A stretch of DNA of 64,000 nucleotides, from contig JAJNQB010000014.1 in NCBI GenBank assembly GCA_021155045.1, forward strand, positions 85,025 to 149,024, read 5' to 3'. Position 1 is the stretch's first letter. Each line of letters starts with the position of its first letter. The stretch is from Arcticibacter sp. (GTDB lineage: Bacteria > Bacteroidota > Bacteroidia > 2-12-FULL-35-15). Under the pieces are notes generated by a model, which had not been told where the DNA came from, did no database searches, and saw only the letters and a program-made list of their open reading frames with translations. Positions 50,920-59,883 of the stretch are shown here, piece after piece. Made by a program: the position numbers and the translations under genes.

Positions 50920-51981
50920 TTAAATCCTTGATTTAAAATGTTTGTTACCAAAAGCATTTGGATATACCCAACGCAATGAAATTTCAAATCCACCACGGGT
51001 AGAAGTAACCGCCCGTAGTTTAGATAAATTTACATCATAACTAAAGCCAATAGAATAATTTGAATATTCAAATCGTACAATTCCAATAAATGCATCGCGC
51101 ATACGGTAATATGCTCCTAATGAAAATGCGGATGATTTTTTTAAACCTGTATATTTTGATCCTTCTTGAAGAATATACTGAAACGTCATACCGGGAGTAA
51201 TTTCTTTTACTCCACCTTGTATAAAAACAATGTAAGAAGGTTTTAAAACTAGATTACTATTTGGCATACCTATAGCAGCATTCCCACTTAAAACAAATTT
51301 TGTATGTAAACGTTGTGTTTTATCTCCATAAAAAGAATATGCAGGTCGGTGAGGATGAAAAACAGCAACACCCAAATTTACTTTTCTAGCATTGTTAGCT
51401 GAAATGTATCCTTCGTCTGTTCCGTAACTATAATTTAAACCAGCACCTAAATCAAAAAAAGAAAAATTATTGGTAGAAACTTCGCCACTTGCAATATTTT
51501 CGTTGAATTGCATGCCATCGTATTGGCTTCCCCATTGTAATTTGGCAGGGTTTAAGCTGCGTTGTGCAAAACCTCCCATAAGTCCACCAGACAATAAACT
51601 TTTATCATTTAAATTAATAATACCTGTAAGAGATAAGTTCACTTGATTAGAACCAAAAGCAGCATCACCAGATTTATCACTAAAAAAATCTATACCTAAA
51701 CCCATTTGATGCTTTTTCTTTTTCAGCATTCTGAAATCACCAGAAAAAGCATAGGTACGATAAGGAGAGCCAACAGCTTGCCATTGATTTTTAAAATTTA
51801 AAATAAATCGTGTTTCGTGTTGTACTCCAGCATTTGCAGGGTTTAACTGCAAAGGCGTTTCGTCAAACTGCGAAAAATGTATGTCTTGCGCCATAGCTTT
51901 GTTTGTAGTAGAAACGAAAGCTATGGAACTAAACAATACTGCTCGCAACATAACAATACAATTGTTTTGTTTTGTTTTCAT
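50920..51981 (-). CDS. T9SS membrane protein PorP/SprF family
   Basis: Signal peptide followed by the family N-terminal motif QDIHFSQFDETPLQLNPANAG and a beta-barrel-like composition. It lies immediately downstream of the SprB-like adhesin gene. Confidence 0.8.
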   Translation of the reverse strand: MKTKQNNCIVMLRAVLFSSIAFVSTTNKAMAQDIHFSQFDETPLQLNPANAGVQHETRFILNFKNQWQAVGSPYRTYAFSGDFRMLKKKKHQMGLGIDFFSDKSGDAAFGSNQVNLSLTGIINLNDKSLLSGGLMGGFAQRSLNPAKLQWGSQYDGMQFNENIASGEVSTNNFSFFDLGAGLNYSYGTDEGYISANNARKVNLGVAVFHPHRPAYSFYGDKTQRLHTKFVLSGNAAIGMPNSNLVLKPSYIVFIQGGVKEITPGMTFQYILQEGSKYTGLKKSSAFSLGAYYRMRDAFIGIVRFEYSNYSIGFSYDVNLSKLRAVTSTRGGFEISLRWVYPNAFGNKHFKSRI

Positions 51982-52102
51982 TCTGTTTTTTTTAGTAGTT
52001 TACTTTTGTTGAGCGAATTATTTTTAGAAAATAATTACGCAAATCATGTTAGTAGTTGTTTTCATGTTGATTGTAATTGTTTTTGGTTATTATCTATTTT
52101 TA

Positions 52103-55100
52103 TTATTTAACTAAAGTTATGTTTCCATGCTGTTTTACTTGTATTCCATTAACAGTAGCTGTTAAGTAATAAACAAACACAGCAGCATCCAAAGGTTTTC
52201 CTCCATAAGTTCCGTCCCAACCAAATGCTTGGTTTGTAGTTTCAAAAACTTTTTCGCCCCAGCGATCAAATATTGAAAATTCAAGATTTGTAACACAATT
52301 TCCCATTACATAAAGCATATCATTATGTCCGTCATTGTTTGGTGAAAATGCATTTGGTACAAACAAATCACCGCAAGGAATATCAACAAAAACAGTAACA
52401 GTATCCGTTGCAGAACAACCGTTTTGGGTTACAGTTAAGTAATAGGTTGTAGTTTGTGTTGGGCTTGCTGTAGGGTTTTGACAATTGGTACAACTTAATC
52501 CTGTTGGTGGAGTCCAGCTATATGTTGCTCCTACAGGACCTGTTCCTGTTAAAACAGTACTTGCTCCTTGTGTAATAATTACATCTATTCCTGCATTTGC
52601 TGGGATAGAGCCAGATACACCAACTGTTCCAGAAGCACTTGCTGTACAACCATTAGCATCTGTAATGGTAACAGAATAGTTTCCTGCTGCTAGATTTGTG
52701 ATAGTGCTATTGTTACTTCCAGTATTCCAAAGTGGAGTTAAAACACCGTTCCCTCCTGTAGCATTAACGCTAGCTGTTCCATCAGTTTGTCCACAAGTGG
52801 CGGGTGTTGTTGTAACAACAGGTACTATTGCGTTTGGTTGAGTAATAGTAACGGTAGAAGTATTGGAACACCCGCTTCCATCAGTAACTGTAATGGTATA
52901 TGTTCCAGCAGTTAAATTATTTGCTGTTGTTGTATTTCCTCCGCTTGGCGACCAAGAATAGGTTAATGTTCCCGTTCCGCCAGTAGCTGAAGCTGTTGCA
53001 CTTCCTGTATTTCCGCCAAAGCAAAGAATATTTGTTTGAGAAGCAATACTTACTGTTGGTCCTCCGCTATTTGCAACTGTTGCTATGGCGGTAGATGTAC
53101 AACCATTAGCATCGGTAGCAGTAACAGTGTAAGAACCAGCAGCTAAACCTGTGGCAGTAGCAGTACTTCCACCAGTTGGAGCCCAAGAGTAAGTAATTGT
53201 TCCGGTACCACCTGTTGCTGTAGCTGTTGCTGCTCCGTTACTAGCACCACAATTTGTTGGAGTAGTACTTGATATAGATGCTGAAACAGCACTGGTAGGT
53301 TGAATAATCGTAACTGTAACAGTTCCATTACAGCTTGTAGCATCTGTAGCAGTAATAGTATAAGAACCGGCAGCTAAGTTTGTTTGAGTCGCCCCACTCA
53401 AGCTGCCTGGCATCCATGAATAAGTATAAGGACCCGTTCCGCCAGTTGCATTAACAGTAGCAGCACCCGTACTTTGTCCGAAACATAAAACATTTGTTTG
53501 TGAAGTTATTGATACTGTTGGTCCTCCAGAGTTTGTAACAGTAGCAATAGCAGTAGCAGTACAATTATTAGCATCTGTAGCGGTAACGGTATAAGAACCG
53601 GCAGCTAAACCTGTAGCAGTAGCAGCACTTCCTCCAGTTGGAGCCCAAGAGTAGGTGATTGTTCCCGTTCCGCCAGTAGCAGTTGCAGTTGCTGAACCAT
53701 TCGTTCCTCCACACGTAGCAGGAGTTGTTCCTGTTATACTTGTAGATACAGCACTTGTGGGTTGAGTAATCGTAACCGTAACAGTTCCATTACAGCTTGT
53801 AGCATCTGTAGCAGTAATAGTATATGAACCGGCAGCTAAGCCTGTTTGAGTAGCACCACTCAAACTTCCTGGCATCCATGAATAGGTATAAGGTCCAGTT
53901 CCTCCTGTAGCATTAACAGTAGCAGCACCCGTACTTTGCCCAAAGCATAAAATATTTGTTTGTGATGTAATTGAAACCGTTGGCCCTCCTGTATTTGTAA
54001 TAGTTGCAATTGCAGTTGCTGTACAATTGTTAGCATCCGTAACGGTAACAGTATAAGATCCAGCAGCTAATCCTGTGGCTGTGGCTGCACTTCCACCAGT
54101 TGGAGCCCAAGAATAAGTTAATGTTCCTGTTCCGCCCATTCCACTAGCTGTTGCAGCGCCATTACTGGTGCCACAGGCTGTAGGGGTTGTGCTAGAAATA
54201 GATGCAGAAACAGCGCTAGCAGGTTGAGTAATAGTAACGGTAACTGTACCTGTACAAGAAACACCTTGAGTAGCAGTAACCGTATAGGAACCAGCAGCTA
54301 ATCCTGTTTGAGTAGCACCACTTAAACTTCCTGGCATCCATGAATAGGTATAAGGTCCAGTTCCTCCTGTAGCATTAACAGTAGCAGCACCCGTACTTTG
54401 CCCAAAACATAAAACGTTTGTTTGTGATGTTGTATTAACAGTAATTGTTGGACAAGCAGTACAAGGAGGGATTCCTGCAAGAGTAGTAATAGTTAATGTT
54501 GTTCCACTATTATCAACTACTTGTATTGGTTGAGACGGAAAAGACGCGGGTAAAGTTCCAGAGTTTGTTCCTGTTGCAAAAGTTGACCAATAGCCAGGGG
54601 TAGTACAACTTGTTATTGGAGTTGCGCCATTCAAACAGCTTCCGAAGAACCAAGTTCCTCCACAAGCAGTACATGTAGCAGAATTCGTTACTGTAGTTGT
54701 TACGGGTGGATTATAAACTTGCCAAGTATAAGGACCAACACCATTTGAAACATCTAAGCTTCCATTTGTTTGTTGACAAACATTTAAAGTAGCGCAAGGA
54801 GAAACGATTATAGTAACTGAATCCATTCCACAAGCTAATGCGTAGTGAATAACATGTGTACCAACTCCTGCCGTTGCTGGGTTAAAAGAGCCTGTTACAG
54901 CATTAACGCCAGTTCCACTGAATGTTCCACCGGCAGTAGCAACAGTAAGTGTTATAGGAGATGCTGTAGTACATAATGTTGTTGGTTGGCAAATTGTAGC
55001 ATCGCAACATGTTTGTGTCATTGGCGCACAAGCCGACATATTTACAACTTGAACCGTTCCTGTACGTGTTGCTGTTCCAGAGTTTCCTGTTGTTCCACAA

Positions 55101-56893
55101 ATTACAACTTCGCCACCACTTGTTACATGAACATCATACACTTTAAATGTTGTAGCAATGGATGTTATCAAATTTAAATTTGCATCATATTTAACAACTC
55201 TATCGCTTGATCCAATATAAACATTACCGCAGTCATCAATATCAATTCCACTATTGCTTACCGAAAAATCACCAAGTGAAGATGTAGCTGCTCCTCCTGG
55301 TATAGTTGCCGTTGTTATAATTGCTCCTGTTGCTAGTGATCGTTTATGAACGTTGGTTCCATTTTGTGTGTAAACAAAATTTCCGTTAGCACGAACAGCC
55401 ATTATACCAGAATTATTTTTTCTATAATTTTCACATTTATATCCTAAGTTGTAAGTACTGTTTGCTTTAAATAATGTGCTGCTTCCACTCGGACAAAGCG
55501 AGAAATTTTGGTTGATATAACCAATCGTATCAAGGGTTAAAAAATAATAGCGACCATTTTTTGCAGGAGTAATTGAACGTACTTCTTGAATACTAGGAGG
55601 AAAACTAAACATATTTCCATACCCTACAGTTTGTGATGAATTTACATTTCCAGTAGAAGTATTCATGTCATAAATTACTCCTCGAAGAGAAGATAAGGGG
55701 TTGCCACCAGTACCACCAATTATTAATTTTGTTTGGTCGCAGTTAAAAGCAATATTCCAAAACTCTGCACTTGAAAGAGCTCCTCCTGGGCTTGGATTAT
55801 TCCATATAACAGCTCCTGCGGTACTTACCTTAACAATAGCAGCAACTGAACCTTGCGTAACATAGGAGTTTCCAAGTAAGTCTGTTGCAAAGGTTCCTAA
55901 CCAAGAAGTTGTGTCATAAGGAGTATTATAAGTCCATTGGATAACTCCAGTTGAATTATATTTTATTAATTGCAAAGGCATTACTCCTCCAATAATATAA
56001 ATATTTCCTGCGCCATCTCTTTCGCATTCCCACACACAATCCCAGTTTGTAGCAAAATTAGGAGATTGGGTCCAAGGATCAATAACAATAGTTTTTGTGT
56101 TGTCGTAATTATCTAATTTAAAAGAAACGTATTTCCCTTTTTTAACAAAAGAAGAGTTGATGGTTAAGCTTTTATTGTCTTCATAAAAGGTTGTTGGCGC
56201 ATGATCAATTATATCTCCAAATTTTGATGAAATATGCACATCCGCTGATTTTAAGTTTACAGCATTTGAATATTTCATTTTTATATCGTTTGGATTTGCT
56301 CCAGGGTGAAGGATGATACTGTACTTTATACCAGATATGGGATGTATTTCATAAACAACATCAATATTGTTGTATAGATTTTTATAGATAATTTTTTTGA
56401 ATGATTTTACTTTATCTATATTAGTATATGCTCCATTCGAATTTCTGTAAGTGTAGCTTTGGTAAGCTGTTGTTATGTTTTCTGCTACAATTTCTACTGA
56501 TGAGTTTGAGTTTTCCCAAATCATATCAACTGTTTCTGTTTCATATTCCAGAGAACGTTCTTCAGCCTCTATTTTTTTATATTCTTCAACTGTTTTAAAG
56601 CTTTTCTCTTTTTCTCTTTCTTTCTCTTCATCTTTCCATGTTTTTAAGAATGAAAATGTTAATCCTTCTTTTGTAAAATAATATTTAGTGGTGCTTGCGT
56701 CAATACCGTATAAAATTTTAGAGTTATTAAGTTTAGAAGGGTTTTTTTGAAATTGTCCTTTGTTTTCAATAAAAATTTTCCCTTTTTCTAATTTGGTCGT
56801 CCAGCTTGCCATTGCGCTATTTTGAGCGTAGTTTTGAGCAACAACAAGCAGAGTGAAAAAGAAAGCAAATAAAAAATTTGGTCGTAGTCCCAT
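52103..56893 (-). CDS. SprB-repeat cell-surface adhesin with a T9SS type-B (gliding-motility-associated) C-terminal domain
   Basis: About four tandem ~157-aa SprB-type repeats (..CFGQSTGAATVNATGGTGPYTYSW..LAAGSYT.TATD..C..). The C-terminus VPNAFSPNNDGHND...GWDGTYGGKPL is a type-B CTD. Confidence 0.85.
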   Translation of the reverse strand: MGLRPNFLFAFFFTLLVVAQNYAQNSAMASWTTKLEKGKIFIENKGQFQKNPSKLNNSKILYGIDASTTKYYFTKEGLTFSFLKTWKDEEKEREKEKSFKTVEEYKKIEAEERSLEYETETVDMIWENSNSSVEIVAENITTAYQSYTYRNSNGAYTNIDKVKSFKKIIYKNLYNNIDVVYEIHPISGIKYSIILHPGANPNDIKMKYSNAVNLKSADVHISSKFGDIIDHAPTTFYEDNKSLTINSSFVKKGKYVSFKLDNYDNTKTIVIDPWTQSPNFATNWDCVWECERDGAGNIYIIGGVMPLQLIKYNSTGVIQWTYNTPYDTTSWLGTFATDLLGNSYVTQGSVAAIVKVSTAGAVIWNNPSPGGALSSAEFWNIAFNCDQTKLIIGGTGGNPLSSLRGVIYDMNTSTGNVNSSQTVGYGNMFSFPPSIQEVRSITPAKNGRYYFLTLDTIGYINQNFSLCPSGSSTLFKANSTYNLGYKCENYRKNNSGIMAVRANGNFVYTQNGTNVHKRSLATGAIITTATIPGGAATSSLGDFSVSNSGIDIDDCGNVYIGSSDRVVKYDANLNLITSIATTFKVYDVHVTSGGEVVICGTTGNSGTATRTGTVQVVNMSACAPMTQTCCDATICQPTTLCTTASPITLTVATAGGTFSGTGVNAVTGSFNPATAGVGTHVIHYALACGMDSVTIIVSPCATLNVCQQTNGSLDVSNGVGPYTWQVYNPPVTTTVTNSATCTACGGTWFFGSCLNGATPITSCTTPGYWSTFATGTNSGTLPASFPSQPIQVVDNSGTTLTITTLAGIPPCTACPTITVNTTSQTNVLCFGQSTGAATVNATGGTGPYTYSWMPGSLSGATQTGLAAGSYTVTATQGVSCTGTVTVTITQPASAVSASISSTTPTACGTSNGAATASGMGGTGTLTYSWAPTGGSAATATGLAAGSYTVTVTDANNCTATAIATITNTGGPTVSITSQTNILCFGQSTGAATVNATGGTGPYTYSWMPGSLSGATQTGLAAGSYTITATDATSCNGTVTVTITQPTSAVSTSITGTTPATCGGTNGSATATATGGTGTITYSWAPTGGSAATATGLAAGSYTVTATDANNCTATAIATVTNSGGPTVSITSQTNVLCFGQSTGAATVNATGGTGPYTYSWMPGSLSGATQTNLAAGSYTITATDATSCNGTVTVTIIQPTSAVSASISSTTPTNCGASNGAATATATGGTGTITYSWAPTGGSTATATGLAAGSYTVTATDANGCTSTAIATVANSGGPTVSIASQTNILCFGGNTGSATASATGGTGTLTYSWSPSGGNTTTANNLTAGTYTITVTDGSGCSNTSTVTITQPNAIVPVVTTTPATCGQTDGTASVNATGGNGVLTPLWNTGSNNSTITNLAAGNYSVTITDANGCTASASGTVGVSGSIPANAGIDVIITQGASTVLTGTGPVGATYSWTPPTGLSCTNCQNPTASPTQTTTYYLTVTQNGCSATDTVTVFVDIPCGDLFVPNAFSPNNDGHNDMLYVMGNCVTNLEFSIFDRWGEKVFETTNQAFGWDGTYGGKPLDAAVFVYYLTATVNGIQVKQHGNITLVK
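52620..54450 (-). repeat. Intragenic tandem array of ~471-bp SprB-repeat coding units (~3.9 copies, near-identical)
   Basis: The protein-level repeats were mapped back by codon counting (±15 bp). Confidence 0.7.
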
Positions 56894-57061
56894 GGTAGTT
56901 TTTTGTTATTTGATACTCAAAAATAAAGTACATTTTAGTTAATTCAACTAAAAAAATGGTTTATTATTGGAAGTCTGATTGAATATGTATATAAATAAAT
57001 AGTATATTTATCAGCTATTTTAAGACAATAAAATGTATTTATTATTATAAATGAGCCTACC

Positions 57062-58546
57062 ATGAAACCCTCCGAAGATTTACATCAATTAATACAAAGT
57101 ATGAGTATGTCTGAGAAGAGATATTTTAAAATATATTCATCTCGACATATTATAGGGCACAACAACAATTATATACATCTGTTTGATGCTATTGATAAAC
57201 AAAAGGAATATGATGAAGAAAAAGTAAAAAAATATTTTGCTGGAGAAAAATTTATAAAGCATTTGCCTTCTGAAAAACATTATTTATATAATTTGATTTT
57301 AGATGGTTTAAATGCTTTTCATAAAGACAGAACTTTTTTAACTCGGTATTCTAATATTTTAATAAACATAGAAATCCTATTTAATAAAGGCTTGTTTGAG
57401 CAATGTAAACGCCTTATTACAAAAGCAAAAAAAGAAGCCTACTTATTAGAAAAATTTTCTATTTTATACTTAGTTGTTCGTTGGGAGACTTTAATTTTTA
57501 TTAAAGATGAAGATGTCAAGGGGCTGTACAAAAGCTTTGACGAAGAGTTACGAATTTTAGAGGTAATTCGAATTCAATCAGCACTCACCCGTATTGCTTT
57601 TAATATTCAAATCGAGATATACAAAGGAAGAGTAAATAATGCCTTTTTAAAAAATCAAGAGGTAGAATTGAAAAAGCATTATCCACCTAAAAAAGAAGTA
57701 AATAGTTTTTGGGCTCAATATTATTACCATTCTGCGATGGGTTTAATTTTTTCTGCCCGAAAAAAATACTTACAATGCTTTAATTGCTATAAGGACATAA
57801 ATATATTAATGCAAAATTCAAAACAATTTATTGTTGATTTGCCTCATATATATCATACAAACAATAATAATATGGTAAACCTAATGTTTGTGCTTGAAAA
57901 TTATGACAAAGTTTTGCCCTTGCTACAGCATCAGCGAATATTCACAGACATTTATAGAATAAAAAATCAAGCATTAAGCCAAAAGGTATTTTTAAATACA
58001 AGCGAAAGCGAATTGTATTTATACTATAAAACAGAAGAGTATGAAAAAGGGGTAAGCGCTATAAAAAAGATTGAACCAGAATTAAAAAAAATTAAACTAA
58101 ATTTTAGCCCTTCTCTTTTCGACTTATTTTTTATGATGTCCGTAATTTTTCTTGGGGAGCAAGATTTTAAATCGGCAATAAAATGGTTGAACAAAATATT
58201 GAATAACGAAAAAGAAGTAAATATTAGAAAAGAGTTGCAGATTAATGCACGTTTACTTTATTTAATTGTATTGTTTGAAAAAGAGGATTTGTTTTTTGAA
58301 AATCAATATCAATCTGTAAAACGTTTTATTGCAAACCAAAAGGAGTTTAAAAATCAAACTTTAATATTAGAAGCAATCAAACTTTTGGCAGAGCAAAGAT
58401 TAAATGATGTAAAAAAAGGGAAATTGAAACAGCTTGTTAAGCATCTGGAAAATGATTCTGCCGAAGTTGTTGTTGAGTCATTAAACCCTCAATTTGATTT
58501 TCAACAATGGATTGAAGGAATGATGATTCATAAAAAAATTAAATAA
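57062..58546 (+). CDS. Hypothetical all-helical protein, paralogue B
   Basis: It shares the N-terminal motif and its ~480-aa length with the protein at 38427..39842. It is divergent from the SprB-like gene. Confidence 0.55.
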   Translation: MKPSEDLHQLIQSMSMSEKRYFKIYSSRHIIGHNNNYIHLFDAIDKQKEYDEEKVKKYFAGEKFIKHLPSEKHYLYNLILDGLNAFHKDRTFLTRYSNILINIEILFNKGLFEQCKRLITKAKKEAYLLEKFSILYLVVRWETLIFIKDEDVKGLYKSFDEELRILEVIRIQSALTRIAFNIQIEIYKGRVNNAFLKNQEVELKKHYPPKKEVNSFWAQYYYHSAMGLIFSARKKYLQCFNCYKDINILMQNSKQFIVDLPHIYHTNNNNMVNLMFVLENYDKVLPLLQHQRIFTDIYRIKNQALSQKVFLNTSESELYLYYKTEEYEKGVSAIKKIEPELKKIKLNFSPSLFDLFFMMSVIFLGEQDFKSAIKWLNKILNNEKEVNIRKELQINARLLYLIVLFEKEDLFFENQYQSVKRFIANQKEFKNQTLILEAIKLLAEQRLNDVKKGKLKQLVKHLENDSAEVVVESLNPQFDFQQWIEGMMIHKKIK

Positions 58547-58548
58547 CT

Positions 58549-59037
58549 CTATTTTTTAGGAAATTCATATAAAAATAATGTTGCGGTTTGAAAATTAAAA
58601 TCTTCCCATTTGTCATTTTCTATTTTTAAACCAACCATTCCACAAGTAGGAATATTATCTGTAAATGCTTTTGTGAGATAATTGGATAATTCCGTAATGC
58701 TTGGATTGTGTGCAAATATCATTATGGATTTGGTGTTATTGTTTACAGAATGGATTAAGTCTAAATAATTTTTATACCCACTTTCATAGAGATTGTTTGT
58801 AATGCAAATTTTTGAATCGTCATATTTTAAATTTCTACTAAAAATTAATGCAGTTGAAATTGCTCTAATAGCAGCACTTGAAATAATTAACTCTGGAACT
58901 ATGTTATTTTGTTTTAACCAATTACTCATTTTGTAAGCATCATTATACCCTCTGGCATTTAATGGACGGTCAATATCTTTGAGGTTTTCATTTGCCCATT
59001 CCGATTTTGCATGGCGAATAAGATATAATGTTTTCAT
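58549..59037 (-). CDS. Histidine phosphatase family protein (SixA-like)
   Basis: Catalytic RHA/G motif in LYLIRHAKSEW; ~160 aa. Confidence 0.75.
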   Translation of the reverse strand: MKTLYLIRHAKSEWANENLKDIDRPLNARGYNDAYKMSNWLKQNNIVPELIISSAAIRAISTALIFSRNLKYDDSKICITNNLYESGYKNYLDLIHSVNNNTKSIMIFAHNPSITELSNYLTKAFTDNIPTCGMVGLKIENDKWEDFNFQTATLFLYEFPKK

Positions 59038-59069
59038 TTTATTTACCTTTATACAAAATTAAATGTACA

Positions 59070-59879
59070 ATGTTTTTTAGAGAAATCCGAATACTTTTTT
59101 TCTTTTTAATAGTCTTGTTTTTTTCTAGCTGGTTTGTGCAATCCAATACTTTTATCCACAAATTAAATCAATCAGACACAACTCATAAATTTCTCAATAA
59201 TTTTTTTCCTAAAATTTCGAAGAAAGATGAAATAATAAAACATACTGCATATACTTTATGTTATAATGAAAAACACGAACAAGCCACATGGGTTGCATAT
59301 CGATTAACAGACGAAATGTGTAATAATAATGGAGAAGAACGAAGCAATAATTTTAGAGTAGATCCATTGGTAAAAACCTATTCTGCAACACCTGATGATT
59401 ATAAAAAGAGTGGTTATGACAGAGGGCATCTTTGCCCGGCAGGAGACATGGGTTGGAGCGAATTAACTATGAGCGAATCGTTTTTTATGAGCAACATGAG
59501 TCCGCAAGTACCAACATTTAATAGAGGCATTTGGAAATATTTAGAAGCAGATGTTCGTGAATGGGCAAAAAAAAATTATGAATTATTTATTGTTACTGCT
59601 GGTGTTTTAGAAGATAGTTTGCCAACGATTGGATTTGCCAATAAAATTTCTATCCCAAAATATTATTATAAAATTGTTTTAGACTACCGACTGCCTGAAT
59701 ACAAAGCCATTGGCTTCGTTATGCCCAATAAAGGAAGTAAAAAATCTGTTTTTAATTATGCTGTTACAATTGATTCTATTGAACGTTTAACTGGAATAGA
59801 TTTTTTTTATGCATTGCCGGATTCTATTGAAAATTATTTGGAATCGCATATTGATACTTTACTTTGGAAAATAAAATAA
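59070..59879 (+). CDS. Secreted DNA/RNA non-specific endonuclease (NUC / Serratia-nuclease family)
   Basis: Active-site DRGHLCPAGD motif. The signal peptide begins at MFFREIRILFFF; the ORF-track start at 59028 would overlap the divergent sixA-like start. Confidence 0.75.
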   Translation: MFFREIRILFFFLIVLFFSSWFVQSNTFIHKLNQSDTTHKFLNNFFPKISKKDEIIKHTAYTLCYNEKHEQATWVAYRLTDEMCNNNGEERSNNFRVDPLVKTYSATPDDYKKSGYDRGHLCPAGDMGWSELTMSESFFMSNMSPQVPTFNRGIWKYLEADVREWAKKNYELFIVTAGVLEDSLPTIGFANKISIPKYYYKIVLDYRLPEYKAIGFVMPNKGSKKSVFNYAVTIDSIERLTGIDFFYALPDSIENYLESHIDTLLWKIK

Positions 59880-59883
59880 TTAG

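Noticed and set aside
52620-54450. A regularly spaced repeat array, considered as a possible CRISPR
   Set aside because: Units are ~471 bp and contiguous with no short unique spacers, and they are in-frame protein repeats. This is a coding SprB-repeat array, not CRISPR.
52485-55177. Several 60-66-aa ORFs on both strands within the SprB-like gene
   Set aside because: They are artefacts of the repetitive Thr/Gly/Ala codon array. There is no independent signal.
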